A DNA stretch of 59,201 nucleotides, counting the filler. It is 6 parts of 6 records of this genome, joined end to end, with 100 filler letters (N's around TTAATTAATTAA, not from the genome) between each part and the next. Parts side by side here need not be neighbours in the genome. Positions count along the whole stretch, not along the records: positions 1 to 6,362 come from SRR2962707_2459; positions 6,463 to 11,849 come from SRR2962707_2462; 4 more parts are not named here. One strand, written 5' to 3'. Shown here one piece after another: positions 1 to 9,700 of this stretch; the stretch's first letter is position 1, and each line of letters starts with the position of its first letter. A program made the position numbers and the translations under genes. Under the pieces are notes generated by a model that saw only the letters and a program-made list of their open reading frames with translations, did no database searches and was not told the DNA's origin.

Positions 1-87
1 GATCTCTTCTTCCTTGATGCCGATATAGGCACGCAGCAGAAGATTCTTGATCTGGACACGGGCCAGTGGTTTCTGGGCGTTTGCCAT
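1..87 (-). CDS. folX: Dihydroneopterin triphosphate 2'-epimerase, 5' part only (runs off window start)
   Basis: Not in ORF track. Manual translation from ATG at 87 gives MANAQKPLARVQIKNLLLRAYIGIKEEEI, matching the FolX N-terminus (IKNLRLRTFIGIKEEEI type). GGGAG RBS upstream; lies directly downstream of folE. Confidence 0.88.
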   Translation of the reverse strand, partial: MANAQKPLARVQIKNLLLRAYIGIKEEEI

Positions 88-113
88 AACAACTCCCTGG
101 AGTCAGTCGGATA

Positions 114-683
114 TCAGCGGTTACTGGAAATCAGGTTCAGGAACTCGGTCCGGGTTGCCTGGGATTTGCGGAACTGCCCGAGCATCATGGAGGTTTTCAT
201 ACGCGAGTTCTGCTTCTCTACGCCGCGCATCATCATGCACATGTGCTGGGCTTCAATGACCACCGCGACGCCCTTGGCCTGGGTAACGCTCTCGATGGCT
301 TCGGCGATCTGACGGGTGAGGTTTTCCTGGATCTGTAACCGGCGGGCATACATGTCGACGATGCGGGCAAACTTGGACAAGCCCAGCACCTTGCCCTGGG
401 GCAAATAGGCGATGTGGCACTTGCCGATGAAGGGCAGCATATGATGCTCACACATGCTGTACAGTTCGATGTCCTGAATTACCACCATTTCGTCCATGGC
501 GGATTCAAACACGGCGTTATTGACCAGCTCTTCAAGGTCCTGCTGGTAGCCGCGTGTGAGGAACTGCATGGCCTTGGCGGCACGCATGGGCGTGTTCTGG
601 AGGCCTTCTCGATCCGGGTCTTCGCCCAGGCCCTGGATAATAGTGCGGTAGTGATCGGCCAGATCATCAAGGGGTAGAGACAT
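114..683 (-). CDS. folE: GTP cyclohydrolase I
   Basis: [43 protein letters not shown] and HMCMMMRGV motifs. Start placed at ATG 683 (ORF track extends to TTG 719). Confidence 0.96.
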   Translation of the reverse strand: MSLPLDDLADHYRTIIQGLGEDPDREGLQNTPMRAAKAMQFLTRGYQQDLEELVNNAVFESAMDEMVVIQDIELYSMCEHHMLPFIGKCHIAYLPQGKVLGLSKFARIVDMYARRLQIQENLTRQIAEAIESVTQAKGVAVVIEAQHMCMMMRGVEKQNSRMKTSMMLGQFRKSQATRTEFLNLISSNR

Positions 684-865
684 AATCGATTCCGGTTTGG
701 GGTGTCTGAAAAAGGCCAAAGCTTAAGGCAATTCGCCGGGTATCTCCATGGTTTACGTCTGTGGCATAGAAAAGGACCACCGCACAGGCCGCCAAAGGCG
801 ATATGGCCCGGGCCGCAGCTTTGCACTAAAGTGTGGGGAGTTTTGGGTACGGTCATGGATTGCAC

Positions 866-1780
866 ATGGAACAGGTGATACCGGGTTCAGAAGTGGCGGC
901 ATCTGGTCGCCAGGAGACATTCACGCTGGAAGGCTGGCAACAGGCTGGCAAATGGTTCAGTTACGAGGGGCATGCCATCTTCAGCCGCATGGGTGGGCAG
1001 GGTGAACCGCTCGTTCTGTTGCACGGCTTCCCGACCGCGAGCTGGGACTGGAGCCGGATCTGGCCCATGCTGGTGCGCGAGCATAACCTGCTGACTCTGG
1101 ACATGCTCGGTTTCGGCTTTTCCGACAAACCGCTGCATTATTCCTACAGCATCGAAGATCAGGCGGATTTGATTCAGGGCTGGATAGAAGGGCTGGGTCT
1201 GGAGCGGGTGCATCTGTTCGGACATGATTACGGCACCACGGTCGTCCAGGAACTGCTGGCCCGGGAGCAGGAGGGCGAGCTGTCGTTTGCCATCAGCAGT
1301 GTCTGCCTGCTAAACGGTGGTCTGTTTCCGGAAGTTCACCATCCCCTGTTTATCCAGAAGATTCTGCGCAGCCCCCTGGGTGGCCTCATTGGCCGGGGGC
1401 TCAGCCGATCGCTCTTCGAACGAAACTTCCGGCGTCTGTTCGGGTCACGTAATCCGCCGGGCAGGCAGGACATGGACGACTTCTGGCATTTGCTGAACTA
1501 CAACAACGGCCGGGGCGTGTTGCACCGCCTGATCCAGTTCATGGAGGAGCGTCGTTGTCACCGCAACCGCTGGGTCGGAGCGTTGCAAAAGGCGGAGCAG
1601 CCCATGCGACTGATTTCCGGCGGTGCCGACCCGGTGTCCGGCGCCGCCATGGCCCGGCGCTATCGGGAGCTGATCCCTCAGGCCGATGTTGTGATGTTGC
1701 GCAATGTCGGGCATTACCCCCACTTTGAGCAACCCTGGGATGTCTACAGCGCCTACAGGGAGTTTCGCAAGGCGCGCTAG
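866..1780 (+). CDS. Alpha/beta-fold hydrolase, epoxide hydrolase/MEST-like (Asp nucleophile)
   Basis: HGFPTASWDW oxyanion motif, DMLGFGFSDKP, GHDYG nucleophile elbow, C-terminal GHYPH. Start uncertain (833 or 866). Confidence 0.85.
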   Translation: MEQVIPGSEVAASGRQETFTLEGWQQAGKWFSYEGHAIFSRMGGQGEPLVLLHGFPTASWDWSRIWPMLVREHNLLTLDMLGFGFSDKPLHYSYSIEDQADLIQGWIEGLGLERVHLFGHDYGTTVVQELLAREQEGELSFAISSVCLLNGGLFPEVHHPLFIQKILRSPLGGLIGRGLSRSLFERNFRRLFGSRNPPGRQDMDDFWHLLNYNNGRGVLHRLIQFMEERRCHRNRWVGALQKAEQPMRLISGGADPVSGAAMARRYRELIPQADVVMLRNVGHYPHFEQPWDVYSAYREFRKAR

Positions 1781-1785
1781 CCAGC

Positions 1786-2871
1786 TCAGGCCGGTGTGGT
1801 GCCGCCGGTGGCCGGGTCTGCCATTGGCGCCCGATCCAGGATGTCCTCCTGGCTCGCGAGCCTGGGAGCGTTCACCACCTGATTCCGGCCACGGGATTTC
1901 GCTTCGTACAGAGCCTGGTCTGCCCGGTTGAGCCATACTGACCAGGTCTCCCCCTGGGTGACTTCCGCCACGCTGGCACTCGCGGTAACCCGGATGTCAT
2001 CCAGAAACGGCCGGGCGCTGATGCTGGTCAGCAACTGGTGCGCCAGGGTGTCGGCGTCTTTCTGCCTGGTTTCCGGGAGTACGACCATGAATTCTTCGCC
2101 GCCGATACGGAACAGCTGATCGCTTTCCCGCAACCGCTTGCGTACCCGCAGCGCCATTTCCTTGAGCACCTTGTCACCGGCCAGGTGGCCCCAGCGGTCA
2201 TTGATGGTCTTGAAATAATCCAGATCAATCAGTACCAGGCTGGACACCCGTTCATAGCGTTCCCGCATCTGAATCTGGCTGTTCAGGATGTCGGCCAGCT
2301 GCGAGCGATTCAGGCAGCCGGTCAGTGGATCGGTTGTCGCCAGGCGGGTAAGCTCGGCCTGCAGGCGCCCCACCAGCCAGGCAAAGATCATGGCAAACAG
2401 GCAACTGAGACCGAGTGAAAAGGTAATGCGCCAGAAGTCTGCCTCTGGAAACTTGAGGAAAGACACCACCGCCATGACCGAGACAAACACGACATTGCAG
2501 AAAATGGCTTCACGCAGGGGAAGCAGAAAAAACAGGGCAATGGCCGCAGGATAAGCCCAGTAGAGCCCGGCATGGCCATTGATGAGAGTGGAATAGGCGG
2601 CGCACACCACGGCCAGTATGGGGAACAGGCGGCCTTTGAAGAAATAGGTGCTTCGAAAACGCAGGAATGCGATCACCAGGGCCGCGTTGGCGCAGAACAG
2701 AATCAACAGGGATGACAGCAGCACGTTGCCATGCTGCCACTGCACCATGACCAGGGGGGCGACCGCAATAAAGGCCCAGATGTGCAGATGGTAGACCAGC
2801 TGCCGCTTGAACCCCAGAACAGCCAGGGTCGGGTTGGTTGCCAGGGTATTTGGCGAGGCAAAAAGATTCAC
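1786..2871 (-). CDS. Membrane-bound diguanylate cyclase (GGDEF domain)
   Basis: About six hydrophobic helices, then DPLTGCLNR, IDLDYFKTINDRWGHLAGD, RESD I-site and RIGGEEF active site. Confidence 0.93.
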   Translation of the reverse strand: MNLFASPNTLATNPTLAVLGFKRQLVYHLHIWAFIAVAPLVMVQWQHGNVLLSSLLILFCANAALVIAFLRFRSTYFFKGRLFPILAVVCAAYSTLINGHAGLYWAYPAAIALFFLLPLREAIFCNVVFVSVMAVVSFLKFPEADFWRITFSLGLSCLFAMIFAWLVGRLQAELTRLATTDPLTGCLNRSQLADILNSQIQMRERYERVSSLVLIDLDYFKTINDRWGHLAGDKVLKEMALRVRKRLRESDQLFRIGGEEFMVVLPETRQKDADTLAHQLLTSISARPFLDDIRVTASASVAEVTQGETWSVWLNRADQALYEAKSRGRNQVVNAPRLASQEDILDRAPMADPATGGTTPA

Positions 2872-3098
2872 AGCCTACTCCCGCTGTTCATAACCGGCAT
2901 GTTTCCGTTTGTAATCGATGGCTCCAGTCTAGCACGGAGTGTGATGGGCGAAAGCAAAAACCACGGATCGACGTAATTCGTAAAAACTATGCCGGAGGCA
3001 CCTGTTATTCAGAATATACATAGCCGTCATGAATTCTGTTCAGTTGGCCGTCTCCAGCCGGTCGGATACACTCGCCGCACACTTCAGGGGAGAAAGGA

Positions 3099-4181
3099 AT
3101 GCCTGCCATTCACAGCCGGATGCCGGCACTGACCATCCGAGCAGGACGCCGGGCTTTGCAGCGCCTGCAGCAAAAACCGCTGGGGCCCGAAGATGTTCAC
3201 GTGATTCCGGGGGCAGCCGGTGGCCCGAAGGCGCTGGGAATCAGTGGCCTGGACAAGGCCATTTTTGGTGACTGGTTGCCGCAGGCTCCCCAGGAAAGGG
3301 CCCTGATCGGATCTTCCATCGGCAGCTGGCGGTTTGCCGCCATTGCCTCTTCAGATGATCCCAAGGCCCAGTTGGCCCGCCTGGCCGAGCTGTACACCAG
3401 TCAGCGATTTGCCAAAGGCGTCAGCGCTGCGGAAATCTCCCGCAAAAGCATACTGTTTCTGGAGGAGCTGCTGGGGGGCCGGGAAGACTTTCTGCTCAGC
3501 CATCCCTGGTACCGGTTGAGCATTGTAGTAGTGCGCAGTCTTGGCCTGTTGCAACACGATACCCGTGGCAGGCTGAGCCTCGGGTTGATGCGGGCTATCA
3601 GCGCCAACATGGTCAGCCGCCGGCACCTGGGTCGTTTTATGGAACGTGGCATTGTGCACGATGCCCGGAGCCGCGCGCCGGTCTCAAGCCTGGTGGATTT
3701 CCCCAGTCATGAAGTGCCCCTGAGCCGGGATAACCTGTTGCCGGCCCTGCTGGCGTCCGCTTCCATTCCTCTGGTGATGTCCGGAGTCCGCAATATTCCG
3801 GGCGCGCCAGAGGGTGTATACCGGGATGGCGGACTGCTCGATTATCACCTTGACCTGCCTTACCAGCAGCCTGGCATTATCCTCTATCCGCATTTTACGG
3901 ATCGTGTGGTTCCCGGCTGGTTCGATAAAACCTTGCCCTGGCGTCGGGGCGATGCCAGTCGACTGCAGGATGTCGTGCTGGTATCGCCGTCACCGGATTA
4001 CCTGGCAACCCTGCCGGATCGCAAACTGCCGGATCGAAAGGACTTCGAGAAGTACGTCGGCGATGATGCCGGTCGCGAGCGAGCCTGGCGTCGAGCGATC
4101 TCGGAGAGTGACAGGTTGGGTGATGAGTTTCTTGAGCTGGTTGAGAATGGGCGGCTGCTGGACCGGATTCAGCCCTTGTGA
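3099..4181 (+). CDS. Patatin-like phospholipase/hydrolase
   Basis: Gly-rich GAAGGPK, GSSIG (GxSxG), ASASIP and DGG motifs. Confidence 0.85.
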   Translation: MPAIHSRMPALTIRAGRRALQRLQQKPLGPEDVHVIPGAAGGPKALGISGLDKAIFGDWLPQAPQERALIGSSIGSWRFAAIASSDDPKAQLARLAELYTSQRFAKGVSAAEISRKSILFLEELLGGREDFLLSHPWYRLSIVVVRSLGLLQHDTRGRLSLGLMRAISANMVSRRHLGRFMERGIVHDARSRAPVSSLVDFPSHEVPLSRDNLLPALLASASIPLVMSGVRNIPGAPEGVYRDGGLLDYHLDLPYQQPGIILYPHFTDRVVPGWFDKTLPWRRGDASRLQDVVLVSPSPDYLATLPDRKLPDRKDFEKYVGDDAGRERAWRRAISESDRLGDEFLELVENGRLLDRIQPL

Positions 4182-4217
4182 GTCGCTGGTAGATCGGGCT
4201 GGCCGTCTATGCGGGCC

Positions 4218-5204
4218 CTAGTCCGGGGTAGCACTGAGCCGAAAGCCGGTAATGCCGTGGACGGGATCCTTGATGGGTTTCAGGCGCAGACAGACCCGCA
4301 CTGGCCGGGTATCCTCGGCCCCGATCAGTACCAGGTCGGTTCGGGTCAGGTCTTCCTCGCTGCGGGCGCTGTCCAGGCTTTCCCGGAACCGGCTGCGGTC
4401 TTGTTCGGATACCAGTTGTTCAAACGGCTGATCGGTCAGGTCGGAGGGCGCGCGACCGAGCACGTCGGCAATCTGGGCGGACACAAATCCGATGCGCCCC
4501 TGGTGATCCAGTTCGGCGATTACCGCTCCGCCCAGCCGGACCAGATCCCGGCTTCTTGCTTCGCTGTCGTTCAGCGCATGCCGGAGCACAGACTTCTCCA
4601 CCTGCAGATTGGTAATCTGTTGTTGATCGCGATCGAGTTGTGCCTGTTGCTGCCGGATTCTGGCATTGCGGATGGCCAGTCGACGGCAGGCGACCAGCAT
4701 CAGTAAGGCTGCGAGTACCGAGATACCGGCACCTGCAGTACGAATCTGCCAGCGCGCCTGGTTCGAGGCCCGGTCTATCCACCCAGCGCTGGGCGTGGTG
4801 GTGACCATCCAGTGCCTGCCGGGCAGTGTCAGCTCGGTCCGCAGGGCCTCGGAATCCCGGGGCTCGTCTACGTTGCCGAGCTCCAGCACAGCCTGTTTGG
4901 TGTGTCTGGCGAGCGTATCGATTCGAAGCTGCAGGCCCTCGGGCAGATCTGTCGCCAAAGCTGAGGTCAGCGATGCAGGCAATTGCTGCCCCGGCGTGTG
5001 TTGTAGACGGGCTGCGATCGTCGCAACCAGAGCCTGATGCCTGGCATGGTAGGCCTCAAGGCCAAGGTCAGCGATAGTTCGCGCCAGGGTGTTGGCCAGT
5101 GCCACTGACACCAGTATGCCGATACCCAGGATAACCCCGGGAATCCAGAGACCCGGCCAGAGCCGGAATCGGGTGCCGGGTGTGTTACGAAGGTCGCTGT
5201 CCAT
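4218..5204 (-). CDS. Two-TM membrane protein with periplasmic region, coiled coil and C-terminal PAS domain; no output domain
   Basis: Two hydrophobic stretches, Q/R-rich coiled coil, PAS-like ELDHQGRIGFVSAQIADVLGRAPSDLTDQPFEQLV; ORF ends right after the PAS domain. Confidence 0.7.
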   Translation of the reverse strand: MDSDLRNTPGTRFRLWPGLWIPGVILGIGILVSVALANTLARTIADLGLEAYHARHQALVATIAARLQHTPGQQLPASLTSALATDLPEGLQLRIDTLARHTKQAVLELGNVDEPRDSEALRTELTLPGRHWMVTTTPSAGWIDRASNQARWQIRTAGAGISVLAALLMLVACRRLAIRNARIRQQQAQLDRDQQQITNLQVEKSVLRHALNDSEARSRDLVRLGGAVIAELDHQGRIGFVSAQIADVLGRAPSDLTDQPFEQLVSEQDRSRFRESLDSARSEEDLTRTDLVLIGAEDTRPVRVCLRLKPIKDPVHGITGFRLSATPD

Positions 5205-5315
5205 GCTGGTGTGCTCCCGCGAGGCCTTTGCTGCTCGGATACCGCCTAACTTTAGACCAGCAATACCGGCCCGGCAATTCGGGCGCCGCCCTGTGCTGAC
5301 TGGTGGCGCGGACGG

Positions 5316-6128
5316 TCAGTGCCGGCTCTGGCGGGCACCTGCATACACCATCAGGAACACCAGAAATGCAGTGACCACCACCGATGGTCCGGCCGGCGTG
5401 TCCAGGTACCAGGACAGGGTCAGTCCGCCGGACACCGCCACCACCCCGAAGACCACTGCCAGGGCGGTCATGTGTTCGGGATTGTGGGCCAGTCGGCGTG
5501 CGGTTGCGGCCGGAATAATCAGCAGGGCGGTAATCAGCAGGACGCCGACAATCTTCATGGCCACCGCAATCACCAGCGAAAACATCAGCATCAACGCCAG
5601 CCGCAGGCGTTCCACCGGAATCCCTTCTACCCGTGCCAGTTCCTCATGAATGGTGCTCATCAGCAGGCCGCGCCAGAGCAGCGCCAGCAAAGACAGGACA
5701 AAGGCGGCGCCACCGTAGATCCAGACCAGATCCTGTCGGGTCATGGCCAGCAGATCGCCAAACAGCAGGCCGGTCAGGTCCACCCTGACATCCGGCATGA
5801 AGCTCAGGGTGACCAGGCCAATGGCCAGCGCGCTGTGCGCCAGGATGCCGAGCAGGGTATCGGTAGCCAGGGTGCGGGTCCGGGATAGCAGCACCAGGGC
5901 CAGCGCAATGAGCACACAGGTGATCACCACACCCAGATTCAAAGGCACGCTGATCAGAAAACTAAGCGCGATGCCCAGCAGGGCCGAATGGGCCAGCGTA
6001 TCTCCAAAATAGGCCATGCGACGCCAGACTACGAAGCAGCCAAGGGGACCGGCCACCAAAGCCACGCCCAGGCCGCCGAGCAGCGCCCGCCAGAAGAAGT
6101 CGCCCAGCACCGCATCAATGATGGTCAT
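5316..6128 (-). CDS. znuB: Zinc ABC transporter permease
   Basis: [53 protein letters not shown] at 6128 overlaps the end of znuC. Confidence 0.95.
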   Translation of the reverse strand: MTIIDAVLGDFFWRALLGGLGVALVAGPLGCFVVWRRMAYFGDTLAHSALLGIALSFLISVPLNLGVVITCVLIALALVLLSRTRTLATDTLLGILAHSALAIGLVTLSFMPDVRVDLTGLLFGDLLAMTRQDLVWIYGGAAFVLSLLALLWRGLLMSTIHEELARVEGIPVERLRLALMLMFSLVIAVAMKIVGVLLITALLIIPAATARRLAHNPEHMTALAVVFGVVAVSGGLTLSWYLDTPAGPSVVVTAFLVFLMVYAGARQSRH

Positions 6129-6362
6129 GGCTGCAACCTTCGTGGGCGTCCGTGGAAGAGACCACATCGCCATGGAGGTTATGGCGATGGTTGTGATGGT
6201 GGTGATAGACCGCCAGAGACTCGGCAACCTGATGACCGAAGGTTTCCACAAAAGCCGGGTCCTGGGAAATATCCTCCGGATATCCGCTGCAACATACGTG
6301 CTGATTAAGGCAGATAACCCGGTCTGTGGCCGCCATCACCAGATGCAGATCATGGGAGATCA
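6115..6362 (-). CDS. znuC: Zinc ABC transporter ATPase, 3' part (truncated by contig end)
   Basis: [27 protein letters not shown]-loop and His-rich tail [13 protein letters not shown]. Confidence 0.92.
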
Positions 6363-6462
6363 NNNNNNNNNNNNNNNNNNNNNNNNNNNNNNNNNNNNNN
6401 NNNNNNTTAATTAATTAANNNNNNNNNNNNNNNNNNNNNNNNNNNNNNNNNNNNNNNNNNNN
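6363..6462. other. Artificial contig spacer (44 N + TTAATTAATTAA + 44 N)
   Basis: All-frame stop linker between N runs; genes on both sides are unrelated or truncated. Confidence 0.99.
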
Positions 6463-6478
6463 GGGGGCCTTATTCCAC

Positions 6479-6498
6479 GCCTAATCACACCTATCTTG
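6479..6498 (+). mobile_element. Candidate MOBP/IncP-type oriT nic motif
   Basis: GCCTAATCACACCTATCTTG resembles RP4 oriT GCCTACTTCACCTATCCTG; the core TATCTTG fits YATCYTG. The base after the nick is A rather than Y, and any upstream inverted repeat is cut off by the contig start. Confidence 0.3.
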
Positions 6499-6697
6499 AT
6501 CGCCGGATCTGGTAGGTGCTGTTGCTCGCAAAGCGAGGATGGCTAGTAGCCTGCGCCAAAGCTGATAGTTCGCACTGCGTCCCGAGGAGGGTCGCAGTTG
6601 TTAGCTATGGAAGACTAGGAAATACCAGAGAGCTTCAACCAGCCGGCGCCGCCAGGCGCCGATCAAGGCCGAAGGCCGCGAAGGCGAGCGAAGCGAG
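6495..6697 (+). other. Non-coding, extensively self-complementary segment (nested stems plus GNA mini-hairpins)
   Basis: Pairings CTTGATCG/CGATCAAG, TCTGGTA/TACCAGA, CTAGT/ACTAG, CCAAAGCTGATA/TGTTAGCTATGG and ACTGCG/CGCAGT, plus hairpins CTCGC-AAA-GCGAG, CGGCGCC-GCCA-GGCGCCG and GGCC-GAA-GGCC. Confidence 0.6.
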
Positions 6698-6704
6698 TAT
6701 TGCT

Positions 6705-9700
6705 TCAAGCCACTTCCTCACCGGCGCTCATATTGATCCTGTCGATCACGTCGAACAATTCGTCAGTGCGCTCGATGGAGAAAACCTGCTCCGGCCCAGA
6801 CGGTGCAATGTCCTTGAACGGGCTCTCGTAGAGAAGACGCGGATCCATTATCCCCTTCTCTGTCAGGTGCTCGATAACCAGATCGACGAATTCGAGTTGA
6901 TCGGCGCTGGCAGTGCCCGCAGATACGAAGGCGCTGAACTGGGCAGCGACGGCTGCTCGGTCGAGGCCCACCAGAGATCGCACGAAACGACCCAGGCCGC
7001 GGCTCAGCTCCGCGGCCTTTTCCAATTGTGCCTGGTCACCCACTCCGGCCGAGAGGAGCAGATCAGCAAGTTGATCAAGGTCGACCTGGGTCAGTGGCAA
7101 CCCGCGGCGCAGCTTCTGCAGGGTGAGATTATCCTGATGCTCGAGCAGGAAATGCCGGGCCTTGCGCTTGAAGCGGGCAAAATCGACGGCGCCGATCTGC
7201 GGCAGGTCGATCGGTGCGCCAATGCCAACCTCATCCACGAAGTCTGAATAGACCAGGGCGCCGCGTGTCTTGGCGATGTGCTGGACCAGATCGCGCAACC
7301 GCAGGCGCACGAGCTCGAGCAACGGGACGGTGACGCCTTCCCACCAGGTCTCGCCCTGAATCTCAAGGATCAGCTCCTGCTGCGCAGCCACGACCGGGAT
7401 AGCAAGCTGCTCCTCCAGCGCCTGGGCGATCAGCACCAATTGTTGTCGATAACGATCGAAGCTCTTGCTGGCCTTGAGCTGAGTGAGTTGTAGGTTGAAC
7501 ATCAGCAGGTCGAAGCGTTTGGCTGCCTCATTGCCGAGCTTCCGGTCCGTCGGCAAGCCGGCGATCTCATTGACGAGTTCATCACGCATTCCGGCGTCAA
7601 GGCTGGCCCAAGTCTCCGGCTGTTGCCACTTCTCGACCGAGCGTCGATGCGGTCGCACGACGAAATTATCGACGTCCATCCCGGCCACATAGTCGCGCAG
7701 CACAGCGAGCGCCTGCGATCGAAGTTCACCATTTGTGGTCGGCGCCGCTGTCTCGCCATCTTCGCCGATGAAAGCCTCACCCTCCTCGGAGGCTCCCAAA
7801 AGTCGTTCCGCCTTCGCTTTCTCATCGAGCGCCAGAACCAGATCGAGCCGTGCCTCGAACAGGCGCTGCGACAGGCCCTTGCCGGTAGAGCCATTGGTGT
7901 TCGGCAGGTTCTGGCTGAAGTATTCCAGGTTCTGGCAGAAGTCGAAGACGTAGAAGCACTCCTTGTCCCGGCCGGGCCCGAACAGATCCTCGCACAACCG
8001 CGTGCCTCGGCCGAGGATCTGCCAGAACTTGGTCTTGGATCGAATGAGCTTGAAAAGGACGAGGTTCACCACTTCCGGCACGTCGATACCGGTGTCGAGC
8101 ATATCGACCGAGATGGCGATGTGCGGCGCCTTGTCCTTAATCGAGAAGTCGTCGATCAGGCTCTGGGCATATTCGGTCTTGAAGGTGATGACGCGGGCGA
8201 AGTGCCCGGCCAGCGCCGGATAGTTGGCGTTGAACCTCTGTTCGACGAATTCGGCATGCGCCTGGTTCTTGGCGAAGATGATGGTCTTGCCCAGCCGGTC
8301 GCCGCCCTCGACCTTGAGGCCGTGGGTCATCACATGGGCCAGCACCTTGTCGACTGTGTCGGTGTTGAACAGCCAGCGGTTAACAGCCTGGGCATCGACG
8401 CTTTCGGGGATTTCGTCCTCGTCCCATTCCAGCATGTCCCACTGGTCTTTCTCCTCCGGCGAGAGCTGGTCGTAGCGGATGCCTTCGCGCTGGAATTTCA
8501 GCGGCACCGAGACCGCCTCGGGCGGCACCAGCCATTCGTCGGCGACGGCCTGCTCGAGCGAATAATAGTCGGTCGGCACGCCGTCCTCGAGCTCAAAGAG
8601 CCCATACGTATTGCGGTCGATCTCGTCGCGCGGGGTGGCGGTGAGACCGACCAGAAGGCTGTCGAAATAGTCGAAGATGGCGCCATAGCGCTGATAGACG
8701 GAGCGGTGCGCCTCGTCGATGATGACGAGATCGAAGTGGCCGACCCCGAACTTACGCCCGTCCTCGCGCTTCTGGTCGATCAGGTTCATCATGGTGGGAT
8801 AGGTCGAGACATAGACGCGACCCTGTCCGGCCTTGTCGTCGAGCAGGTTCACTGTCGCCGCATCGGGCAGATGCGCCTTGAAGGCATTGGCAGCTTGTTT
8901 CACCAGCGCCTGCCGGTCGCAGAGGAACAGCACGCGCTTGGCCCAATTGGCCTTCATGAGCAGATCAACCAGCGCGATCACGGTGCGCGTCTTGCCCGAG
9001 CCGGTGGCCATGACGAGAAGGGCCTTGCGCTGCTTGTCGCGTTCAAAACTCTGGGCGGTCTTGCGGATGGCGCGGTGCTGATAGGGACGGCTGACGATCT
9101 TGGAGTTGATTTCGGCATCGACCAGCGGCCTGCGGGCGCGGCGCCGCTCGATCATCAGCGCCAGTTCGTCCTTTTTGAGAAAGCCTTGAATTTCGCGCTT
9201 GGGATAGGCCGCATCGTCCCATATCCAGTGCTCATAGCCATTGGTGAGGAAGATCACCGGGCGCTGGCCGTAGCGGGCGTCGAGACCATCAGCATAGAGT
9301 TTTACTTGCTGCTGGCCCTCGGCCGGGCTGCGCCTGGTGCGCTTGGCCTCGACGACAGCGAGCGGCAGGCCGTCGTCGCCCCAGAGCACATAGTCGGCAT
9401 AGCCAACGCCAGCGCCATTGGGCATGCCTTCAATGGGGAATTCCCTATCCTGCGGATTGGCGAGCGGCCAGCCGGCTTCGGCCAGCAGCAGGTCGATATA
9501 GGTGTCGCGGGTGGCCGCCTCATTGGCGTCGTGGGCGATGGGCGCGGCCTGGTTGGCGCGCTTGGCTTCTTCGATCTCATCTCTAGCAAGGGCAAGATCG
9601 CTGACCCAGTCATCCTCGGCATCTATCGCCACCCAACCAGAAAAAGCCATATCGTCGGACGGTGGTTTTGCCGCTGTGAGCCGGCTGGAAGATAGGCTTT

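Noticed and set aside
2930..3000. GGGCGAAAGCAAAAACCACGGATC resembling part of a c-di-GMP-I riboswitch near the DGC gene
   Set aside because: Lacks the GGCAAAC...GNRA stem and a closing P1; only a short chance resemblance.
6407..6418. TTAATTAATTAA repeated five times (possible repeat or CtrA array)
   Set aside because: Always centred in N runs; it is an artificial all-frame stop linker.
6516..7247. 243-aa + strand ORF covering the structured region
   Set aside because: Mostly the antisense shadow of the hsdR 3' end; no convincing RBS or domain, though not formally excluded.
7623..9695. 690-aa + strand ORF opposite hsdR
   Set aside because: Exact antisense shadow frame of a GC3-rich gene; no recognisable motifs.
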